From the NCBI GenBank assembly GCA_050575255.1, contig JBNZDD010013687.1:4512082-4576081 (forward strand): a stretch of DNA of 64,000 bases, written 5' to 3'. This stretch comes from Harriotta raleighana (Eukaryota). Positions 36,961 to 47,240 of this stretch are shown one piece after another (positions within the stretch are counted from its first letter, which is position 1; each line of letters begins with the position of its first letter). A program made the translations under genes and the position numbers. The notes below the pieces were generated by a model. That model worked only from the letters and a program-made list of their open reading frames with translations, searched no databases and was not told the DNA's origin.

Positions 36961-39344
36961 TTGACTGATTCTGACTGACCATCAGAGTTAAAACAACCAC
37001 AACTTCTTTAATCAAATGATGGTTTTATGAACTTCAATACACTCACAAGATTTAAATCTGGTTCAACTACAACTGTTATCTACTAAATATGTGAATGGAT
37101 ATAACAAATTATCTTTATGCTATATAGAAGGCAGTATAGATGAATAGCAGTATAGATGTGCCATTCCTTTTTAAATTTATAACCAGGTGAATAACTACAT
37201 TAATGATTCATTGCAACCCAAACTCAAAGACTAGCAGAGGAGCAAGAGAGAATGAAACCAGAGGTAATGGGAGGATCACCTGTCATAAGGCAAGCCTGAT
37301 TAACATTTGCATTCATATCCTACAATAGATTCAAAATCTCACATTGGACTACTGAACTTATAAGACCACCTCGGTCAGCAGTTCAACATGCTTATTATGT
37401 TGAAGATAAAATTAATTGTACTTATAAAATGAATAAATATATAAAACCAAGTAAATTTGATCATCACAATGATTATTTAGTGATGAATAGAATTTACATG
37501 ATATAAAAAGTTAATTAACTTGAATTTAGAATATGTTTGCAATAAATAGGATATAGGATTGCAGCAGTACTGATCGCTCTACAACATAACTACAACCAAT
37601 GCTAAATAGGTATTCCAGTATTGTGCAAAACACAGTCAAAAATGTATACATAATTTGCATTCCCCTCTAAAATACAAATGCAAAGTGTTTATACATTATA
37701 TTCCAAGTCAGAGGATCAGAAACTGCACAATAAATTATAGCTATTATCATAGTGTATCATAGCTATTTTTTCTCCACAAAGTTTACAATTTTCTCTGAAG
37801 CTGATTTGTTAAAGCTATATAACAAATATATTAGCGCAAATATAGTCTTTGCAAGATTATGTAAGACTAGAACCTTTTTACATTTACCTGATGTTTACTC
37901 AAGCAAGAATAAACATTGTCTATCAGATCTAATTTTTCAAAAAAATAGTTGGTCTCCACTAAACAATGGTACTGTACTTCTGAACGCAAAGATTTGACAA
38001 GAAATCGAAAGAGAAGCATGATGGAATTACATGCATTATAAATACTCTATTGATTGCAATATTTATTAACTATATTAAGTAAACACATTATAATGCAATA
38101 GCAAAATGTGTGGTATGCATCCAGTGCAAGATTAACTTGATGGATGCATTGATAGTGCATGTTCATTTCAATGACTACTTCTGAAAGTCAATAAGGAAGA
38201 TTATCAAGAAAATTAAACAATCTAATATGTGAAATCATATTATTATTGCTGCGATAAACAAATATGATATCAAGTGAATTACAAAGAATTCTTACTGTAC
38301 CAATACTAAATATTCACTAGAACACTTCTTCATTCAGTTGAGCAATACATATAGTTAAACTATTCAAACAAAGTAACACGTATTGAGGACTACAATATAA
38401 TTGTTGATGAAAGAAATTGAATGAGAATCATTTAACCTTGTGCAAACATTTTTTTTCTAATCTTGTGTGTCAGATGTGATTGATGTGTTCTGGTCGAACC
38501 GATGTCCTTGTTCAGAATTTTGATTGACATTGCACCACGTGTAATTCTCTGAAATCTAAAAGGTGTAATACCATTGCAGTGTTTGGCATGTCTGTCCAAA
38601 CTACTGTGATCCTTTCATGAAGTTAATCTGCAAGTTAATGCAGATTTTAGACATCAACATTATTTATTCACATTTAAATCATGACTTTGTATTTGTGTGT
38701 TTAATTAAACAATTCAGTCAATACTGAAGTAACTCACCGATTGTTATTTGAAAGATGTTGTACTAATAACATAAAATGCACAGATTTCCGATGTTGATCA
38801 CGTTTTGTCCCATCAGACAGCAGCTGCTTTATATTTTCATATCACTTTAAAATACTTGCCAAACATTGCTAGATTTTCTTTTGTGTCTTTAGTACCGTTT
38901 TTAAAGCGGAAAATCACAATCTTAACTTGTTTTAAATAGAAAAAAAGTAACCCAATACGGATGCTTAACAATTATTCCATCACGGAAACTGCCTTGAGTG
39001 AGTTATTGACCTGAACAGTCAGTGATTTCATTATTTCAACTGCTAATCCATCATACAGTACTAACCTTCCCCAAAATTTGAAGTCGTTCTTCTTTGATAA
39101 TCTGAACTATTTAAAAATGTTACTTTTGGAGTCCAGTAAAGATGCATCTGGCATCGCTATGATTCATAGAGGTATAAGTTCAGTAATATGACTACAGGTG
39201 ACCAATCATTGTTTAATATTATGTATTTGGCTTCACACATTAAAGGAAAAAAAATTCATTGTGCAAAACAAACTTTTTTAAAAACAAATATTTGAGTTTA
39301 AAACGTAAAGCACAGAGAGTCCACGGGAGAAACCGGAAACTTCT

Positions 39345-39460
39345 AAATAACAATAACAATTATAATAATCCTTGCATTTGATATAGCGCTTTTCACATCT
39401 TTTAGATGTCTCAAATCGCTTCACAGAATATACTGTAAAGTGAATTGACGGTATACAAGT
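39345..39460 (-). mobile_element. SINE 3' tail fragment
   Basis: ATAATCCTTGCATTTGATATAGCGCTTTTCACATC...CACAGAATATACTGTAAAGTGAATTGAC. Confidence 0.88.
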
Positions 39461-40012
39461 CAGAAAGTTCTATCATAATATCTCTTAACATTAACATTTC
39501 TGCGTGTGAGTTAAAATTCTACTGTACCTGAGGGGAAGGGCATGACAACTGTATATTCTATCCTGTCACACACTTTGGGACGCTATAAAATACAAGTCGT
39601 TGTGGTACATAACTCAGATGGGGTTCTGCTCATGCTATTCTAATATCTTATCTTCTAATGCTGCGCCTGTGGACCCCCGATTTCAGTACAACACATTAGG
39701 ACAAGACAGCAAAACCAGACATTACTGGTGGAGGGTCGCCCTCAATCAGATCCTTTTTGATGCTCCAAAGTATATCCTACGAGGAAGTGTCCATCTCCCA
39801 AGGTTGACCTATGATTTCACTTGTGCAATTCCAATGCATCAATACAGCTCCAATCTAAAGTAACCAGAGCATCAAACGATAGCTAAAGGGTTGTGCATTG
39901 AATATTATGGATAGCGTTGGTTGGTATTGGTGCCCGTTAAACATGCAATTAATTCCATCAAATAACTGCTAAAGAATCCACATTGCAAACCATTACAGTA
40001 TCCAATGTGTCA

Positions 40013-40085
40013 AACAACAACAACAATAATTTGCATTTACATAGCGTTCTCCACACAGGGTAGCGTCTTAGAGAACTAAACAGCA
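40013..40085 (-). mobile_element. Degraded L2-type tail
   Basis: (CAA)n followed by TTGCATTTACATAGCG. Confidence 0.5.
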
Positions 40086-41021
40086 GTGGGTGGGAGCTGG
40101 ACATCAGCTCAGCACTTGAAAAGGGGGAGAGAGGGGCAAGGTTGAGGGAATGAGGGAAAGTGGTGATTTTTGGTATGGAACTTCACTGGAAGTTCTACGG
40201 AATGTATTTTTTTATCAATAGAGTTACACGAATAAGTTGTTCATTTTGGTTTCGCGTTTTAAGTAGTATTAAAGAGAAAATATTTTATTGTCTTTTGTAA
40301 AATTTAAAATATTTCTCGAAAATTCTCGGGTAATCCAATCTCAGAGACTATTTATATTATAGAAGCACCAAACAGATTTCCCTTACATTAAGCCATTTGC
40401 TCAAGGTAATTTGAGTAATTGGGCTTTCACACCAATCGTTTTAGGTCCACATACATGGCTTAGACCGAATTTATACTCAGTTCTGTATCAATCTGTCACG
40501 AAAACTGGGTATAAATGGTCCTAAAACTTAGAATAAAGAAAATTACCTCAAAGCTGTGTCGTACAACTGTTCGGAAAAGAACTTAAATATTAAGGATGTA
40601 CCTCATTTCTGTTAAGCCCCTAATAGTTAAATCGTGAATAGTTGAAGTATTCCAGAAGAGGGCGTCAGCTCATACAGAAATTCGGTTCCATATCTTTAGC
40701 GTTCAACAGAAAGCGGACATTAATCCATCTTTCTTTTCAATACAGTATCTTATTTTGTGACATTTTAAATTCGAAATAATGTTTTTATGCAAAGATTGTA
40801 CATTGAGGCAGTTCAGAAACTGAACTGTAATTCGTGTGTGAACCGATAGCCGAGTCTATAATAGGAATTTTATAAACTGCTTGCACATATTCATATTATC
40901 TACTTATTAACGAATGAAATACTTTCAAAAGTTATATGATTAAATTCCATAGTTTGCACGTGGTCTGCACTCACGCAGTATTCACACAGTGCAAATCTTA
41001 AACCGTATAAATTGTTCTTTG

Positions 41022-41480
41022 AATCAATCAATCAAAATTGTATTTATATGGCGCCTTTCACGTCGGGAGGACGTCCCAAAGCGCTGTACAGCCAAGTAGG
41101 GGGGGGGGAGGGCTCAGGGAAAGGAGTAGGAAAAATTGACTGTATATTTGTGGGCGAAACGCGGCAGCCAAATTGCGCACAGCAGTGTCCCACAAACACA
41201 CACAGAAATGGGGGAAAAAAGGGGGGAAAAAATGGCAAGGGGGAGAAATGGAGGGTAAAGCGGGGTGGGGTAAAATCAGGGAAGAAAGGGGGGGGAGAAC
41301 GGGGGACAAGGGGGAAATCAGGGAGGGCAAAGAGGGAGAAATGTTGGTAAGGGGGAAGAGGGAGGGAAGGCTGGGTAGGAGGCAAAACCAGGGAGAAAGG
41401 GGGTTAAGGGGGAAGAGGGAGGAAAGGGAGAGAGGGAAGGAGAAGAATAAGGAGGGGGAAAAGTCAGGGGGCAGGGGGAG
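41022..41480 (-). mobile_element. Chimeric SINE-like element: polypyrimidine tract, SINE core, LINE-type tail ending in (TTGA)n
   Basis: Minus strand reads: C/T-rich tract (about 41210-41480), core TTTGTGGGACACTGCTGTGCGCAATTTGGCTGCCGCGTTTCGCCCACAAATATACAGTCAATT, then CAGCGCTTTGGGACGTCCTCCCGACGTGAAAGGCGCCATATAAATACAATT(TTGA)n. Confidence 0.8.
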
Positions 41481-41481
41481 T

Positions 41482-41590
41482 TTAAACAACAACAAACAAC
41501 ATCAACAATAATAAACAAAAAAGTAAATAACAATCAACAATAATAAACAAACACAACAACAACAATAGAAAACACAGGAACAACAATTAA
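41482..41590. repeat. A/C-rich low-complexity (CAA/TAA) tract
   Basis: AACAACAACAAACAACATCAACAATAATAAACAA, with a partial duplication of ATCAACAATAATAAACAAA. Confidence 0.7.
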
Positions 41591-44117
41591 TAACTGAATT
41601 AATTAATCGATTAAACGATTGAAAGCCAGTGCTCGCAAACCTTTCATTTGGAGCATTTCAATTATACGAAATAGTTAGCCTCTATTCACACTGCGGATGT
41701 GAATTAAGTAAATTGGACAGACTTTAAAGTGTTCCTTTCGATTTTTAGAATGAACAGTTGGTGTCGCTGTTTTATTAGATTTGCAGCATTGTGTGTCTGA
41801 CTGCTGATCTTCGGCAACTTCATCTTTTCAAAAAACATTGCCATTGGTCGCCAGATCCTGTTAGTTTCATCTTTCATTGACTTCTTATGCAGCATAATAG
41901 CGCCTTAATATTTATTGTCAACATGTCAAAGCGCCGCGTAGAATTTAATTGTAGTTAGATTGTGAATTTTGTAGGCAGCCAATTTTTTTTCCACAGACAT
42001 ACTGTATCTCTCAAACAGCCATTAAGTGATAAAATCAATACAAAATGCAACATAGTTGCAGTATAATTCGGTTTTTGCAATTTGAGTCCAACTAATGATG
42101 GTTACATTCTCTTTTTCATATCAGTATTCCATACAGTTTCCAGTAGATTTAAATTGACACGTTTGGAAAGAAACATATTCCATATGATCAGATTCAAGGA
42201 GACATTATTTTATCTCCTGGTTCATCTCTGAGCAATTTGAAATAACTCTTAAATAATGATGTGCTTGGTTTAACCCATTCAGTCTTAAACTTGTTATTAT
42301 TATTTTGAACGCTCTTATCTGTGCTTTGTCCAACAACACGTCCAGAACTCGTTTTTTCATCACTAGATGAGAACGATTGTATTCCCACAATGAATGGAAA
42401 CTTAAACATTCGTCAACAGTCTGATGCGAGTTCCTGTTTTACTCTAGGGATGTTGGATAGGCAGACAGATCGAGCCAACGGAGTGACATCAGTACTACAC
42501 TATATTGTAATCCCACACGTGATGTAGTATCTAGTCCATAACTGAAATAGTAAAACAAAACGAAAAACAACCACACAGTATTGCAATAAGGTTGAGTGTC
42601 TTATGTTTTTTTTTTAAAAATGCTAATTTCCTGCATGCATTCATTGTGCAGCAAGGGACCATTGTCCTCATTGTTTTCTATTTTTTTTACGCACACATAC
42701 ACACAACGCCTTTGAACACTAAAGACAGAGTTTACCTATTGAGTCAAGAAATCAAAATGGCATAATGCCGGGTGAGCGAGAAAACAAGGTGTCCTACAGA
42801 TATATACCGTTCTAAGAGATCAGGAAATTCAGGACTATCGTGCCCGTTACATTCGGTCGGGAAGACTGTTTAAGGATTTGTGTTCGATGGTTCCTATTGT
42901 CATCTCACCCCAGATACGAGTCAGTCTGTCTGCACTTTGTCCACAGCCAGGAACCCAGCCAGCTGCCTATTCAGCCTTTATATGTCACGAATTCATGCTT
43001 GGGAGCAGCATATTCCAGGCTTTCACTACTTGTATGAAGAAATGACCTATTAATTCTAATTTCTGTTGTGTGATTTCTTGGTTGCGAATTTTTCAACCTT
43101 AATGACCATACTTCTGCTTCCTCACAGACAACTTTCCTGTAGCTGGCTTCGTTTCGTAATTTCGTGAACAGTTGATTTATTTCCATTGTAGGAGTAAATT
43201 GGTCGAGTTTCAGCCTTTTGGAAAGTTTTCCGATCTTTCTCCTGGAATCCTCCTTGGTGTCCTTAAAACTATTCCCTCTGCCTTCGCTGTTTTCTATGTA
43301 TCCATGTTCAAGTGTGCTGCCATGAATGGGTTACAGGCTATCTGTGTTGATTTGTTGAATTTTTTGTCGTACTCGTCGATGCTACAGTTGCCTTTAGTCA
43401 TCATAACTTGACCATGTGGAGATGCGTCCAGAAACTGCCCAACAAGCACCAGTTGTTTCTGCCCTACATTCGCTAAAGGTATCACTCCTTATATAACGTA
43501 TAGACTCAATCATACAGTAGTTACTTTTGTTTAGGATCGACGCACTAACCTGCATTTGCATTAAAAGTGAATGTCGTTTCTCCTCATGTACTGTATCTTG
43601 TATGAAGCTGGGTGAATGTGCTTGACTTGCGTTCTGGGGGACATTGCAATCATATTACATTTTTTCTCTACTATGTTATTAACTAATAAAATGATAGTTT
43701 GAGATCCTCGCATTGCTCTGTGTGTGACCTCTCAAAACACCGCAACGGTGACTAATACGATATTTTTTAAGAAGTCATTTGTCAATCCATTGACCGTTTT
43801 CTTTACCTGTATCTTTTGAGAAGACCATTACGTTAGCAGAAACGTTAAGTTATCAGTCAATTCTTAGATCCAGAATAGCTTGAAAAACTTATTTGGGGAA
43901 GAACGTGATGGCGTAATTGCGTATTATATTTTCATCTCTGGGACATTGCTTCGATTGGGGCAAATGTTTTCTGCTTCAGTAAACGCTAAGATCCTTGCGT
44001 TAAATGAGGTTCGTATGTTTCGACCCATAAATTTTCACCATAATCTGGTCACGATTCTGCAGCTAATTTAGCAGTCAACTTCCATATGATATTAGAAATG
44101 GAATGGGAGAAATGACA

Positions 44118-44201
44118 GAAATGGTGCTCCTTTATTGTGTGTGTGTGTGTGTATAAACACACATACACACACACACACACACAATAAAATGGATCACTTT
44201 C
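44118..44201. repeat. Imperfect inverted repeat built around (TG)n / (CA)n
   Basis: GAAATGGTGCTCC-TTTATT(GT)8 ATAA (AC)n-AATAAA-ATGGATCACTTTC. The arms pair beyond the dinucleotide. Confidence 0.85.
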
Positions 44202-44509
44202 TTTTAATTCATTTATAGCTCAAAAAATATATTCCGGGTATAAAATTCAAGTACTTGTCAAATTTTGGTCACTCACATGATACTTTTGTGAAAACGGGGA
44301 TTTAGAATATAAGTGGTTAGATTCAAAATGGTTCGTTTGGGAAAGTCAAACAAGTGCAATTCAGCTGTACAGTGGGTATTTTTAAAAGTGCATAGTCACT
44401 ATATTAACATGTTAATTAACTACAAGCACTTTCTATAATTTACTTGATGAAGTTTTTCTGAAGACCGAACCTCCATCTTCGAAATAAGCACAACAAATAT
44501 TGACTGTTC

Positions 44510-44710
44510 GCCGTTTGGTCACAATTGTTGACAAAGGAAAGGATATTTTTAAATCAACTCCAAAGGAAGCTGCCATTGTCAATGGAAGCTAATTGACCTC
44601 ATTGCCTGGACAGAAAAGGACTTGGTGGAAATAATTAGCCACGGTTAGTGAAATCCTGAAATCAGTAAATTAATACACCCCAATGAAGTTAAAAAGAAAT
44701 CCTAATCAGT
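44510..44710. promoter_or_regulatory. CNE-like block about 10 kb upstream of NKX2-1
   Basis: Palindrome CCATTGTCAATGG (44573-44585), ACAAAG SOX site, and homeodomain sites CTAATTG and TAATTAG. Confidence 0.45.
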
Positions 44711-45929
44711 CTAAGCTTGTATATGGTCACTTTTTAAGAAGGAGTTGCATTCATATCTACTTGTGGAGTTGGATCTTTTACGTTCACCTCAGCAGGCGGT
44801 TGAAGGTCTCGGCCTAATAGCAGCACATTCCCCAATACTGCCCTCCATACACTGTATTCATTAAATCAAGTCGTTGAAATTAGTGAATTATTTGAAATAA
44901 AAATAAATAGGTATTTCAGGAAAGCATCCTTCAGGAAATGAATAGCTACCTAAAATGCATTTAATGAATTGGGGGAGAAGCTTAAATCATTTAAAAAAAA
45001 CATTTATTAAGCCAATCTTTACTTATCCAGTATACTTGCATATGTATATGTACCATGTTAATGCATTGCTGATTCTAATCGATTTGATATTATACTGGGT
45101 TTGAATTAATGAATATGTAATTGCTCCATAATATGACTACTTTATGGCATTTCACTCAATAACATTCAATAACAAATAAACGCATGGTCTGTTGACAAAT
45201 AGTTTATTTGAAATATCTCCTATTTAAATATATTGTCCTTATTCCTGTACTTTCATAGTTCATGTGTCTTTTATGCCATTGATTCTTCTGCAGCCTTACT
45301 AGTACTGCTCCATTTTAGTTTTTTCCTTTTAATTATATATTTGTAAATGCTCACAAAACTCCCAATATTTTCAAAAATGAAAAGGATAGAATATTGTTTA
45401 CTTCTAATGTATTCATAATTTTATGAAACTAATGCAACATTAGGGCTAGCAATTCAGAATGCCAAAAATATATATGATCTCAGAGAGTCTAAGAAGATAT
45501 CTGTATGTGTTTAAAAACGTATATAGTAAAGGCAAATATCACATAAATGCTTAGTACTGGTTGTAATCGGCCCTTCTCTTCCTGAAGTGCCAATTAACTG
45601 TTTGGAGATTACAGGTCACTGCTCGGCTTGTCCCAGACATAGTAGTGATCTTACAGCATGAATGAAAAACATTGTTCTATTGATCGCACTGTAACAGGAA
45701 ATTATAATGGCCTCTAAAGATTCAAATTCAAGGAATGGTAAAGGTTTTAGAATGAAATAGCTCACTGTTCATGAGATGTTTTTGTCTATTACCCCTTGCC
45801 AAGCCCTCCCTTTTCCAGTTTGAATGTCAGGAATAGAACTAATTGCCACTGCCGTAAACCCAGATACAATTTTTAAAAAATTAATTATATATCATGAAAC
45901 TGAAGAATGGAGAAAGCAGAATAGTAATA

Positions 45930-46140
45930 CTAAAATAATCCTTGCATTTTTATAGAGCACCGTATCACTTAGCCAAAAGCGCTCGGCAGGCATTTTTGTG
46001 ATTGTAATGAGTGAGTGTTTGTGAGCGAGAAATATATTGTTTTGGTGTGTCAGCCTGGACTAGGAGTTCAAAATCCCAATCTCGGACATCAAACCACAAC
46101 CTTTTGACTCAGAGGCCAGTGAGTATACTACTAACTGAGT
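45930..46140 (-). mobile_element. Old Deu-type SINE relic, internally deleted
   Basis: Tail AATCCTTGCATTTTTATAGAGCAC, then GTGTCAGCCTGGA and ACAACCTTTTGACTCAGAGGC...TAACTGAG, similar to 36680-36960. Confidence 0.55.
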
Positions 46141-46371
46141 AGGGATAATATTTAAGTGAATACAATGTGTTCGCGATCTTGGTGAGTGCAGTTAGCCTGT
46201 TCTATTTACCTGATTCAATCAGGGTGGACTTACTGAATAGTGAAGGTTTCTGTTTGGCTTGTTTATTCGAGGTCTGCAGCCACCGGATTTTTTTTTACAC
46301 AAGCAATGCTCTAGAGGGCGTGTGAGAATGGTACCCACTCGATTCCTTTTGGTTCTAACTATCTGTCAACC

Positions 46372-46437
46372 TCATAAGCAGGATTTGACGTTCTTCTGAT
46401 GTGATACGCGCCATTACAAATGTGATTTTGTTGTTGG
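46372..46437 (+). mobile_element. Degraded L2-type tail
   Basis: GACGTTCTTCTGATGTGATACGCGCCATTACAAATGTGATT(TTG)n. Confidence 0.5.
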
Positions 46438-46663
46438 TGTTCATTAGTACATTCCTTGTCCCGTGCTGAGCTGCTTTGCAACGTCAACGTGTACTTTCCT
46501 CCATTTCATTTGCTAGTAAATTCACTTCTTTGACCTTCAACGACAAATGCGTTCCCACGTTAGCGTAAAGTAATGGCAATTGTGAGTATCCAAAAAAAAG
46601 ACAGAGTTCGGCATTTGTAAACTACCCACATATAGGAATTTCCACGTGTCCATGTTGGGAGTG

Positions 46664-46966
46664 TAATAACTATCCTTGCATTTGATGTAGCACTTTTCAC
46701 GTCTTCTAGGCGTCTTAAAGCGTTTCACGGAATACACTGTAAAGTGAATTGACTATATATTTGTGGGCAAAATGCAATTTCGCACAGTCGTGTCCCACAA
46801 ACAGTCATGGATTGAAATGACCAATTCATTATTGTATTTCTTTGAGGGATTATTATCTGGAGTGTGGAGTAAGGCAACTTTTCCAAGGTTTCGCCATGTC
46901 TGAAATCGAACCCAGGTCATTCGCTTGCAAGGCGAGTGCTCTAACCACCGAGCTACAGGAGTCCAC
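46664..46966 (-). mobile_element. Full-length tRNA-SINE
   Basis: Head on the minus strand GTGGACTCCTGTAGCTCGGTGGTTAGAGCACTCGCCTTGCAAGCGAATGACCTGGGTTCGATT has A and B boxes and an anticodon-like TGC loop. Core and tail are present. Confidence 0.92.
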
Positions 46967-47019
46967 TAAGTTGGGTTGCTAAGGGAACCACCTTTTCATG
47001 CACTTTCAGGCCAACTCGA

Positions 47020-47240
47020 GTTAAATCATGGTGCACTTATGGTCCGATAAATGTACCCTATTTGTGTGGAAATGACCTGAATCCCACACTGAAACTCCAA
47101 CTTTAACTGCAACGTAATGGTGTTTGACAGGTTACAAGTGAGGTAGCACCTAGGCAGCTCGCTAGGTGATGAAGTGTCACTGGGAGAGAGATGCAGCCGT
47201 AAAAACACGCTTCTGCATTCTGGTAGCTGGTCCATATTTT
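47020..47240. promoter_or_regulatory. CNE-like block about 7.5 kb upstream of NKX2-1
   Basis: Unique complex block with NK2-type GCACTTA and CAAGTG sites and TALE-type TGACAG/TGTCA sites. Conservation not verified. Confidence 0.35.

Noticed and set aside
41012-41533. Several 70-145 aa ORFs rich in G/K/E or P/F/L/S
   Set aside because: Artefacts of the low-complexity polypurine tract and SINE sequence.
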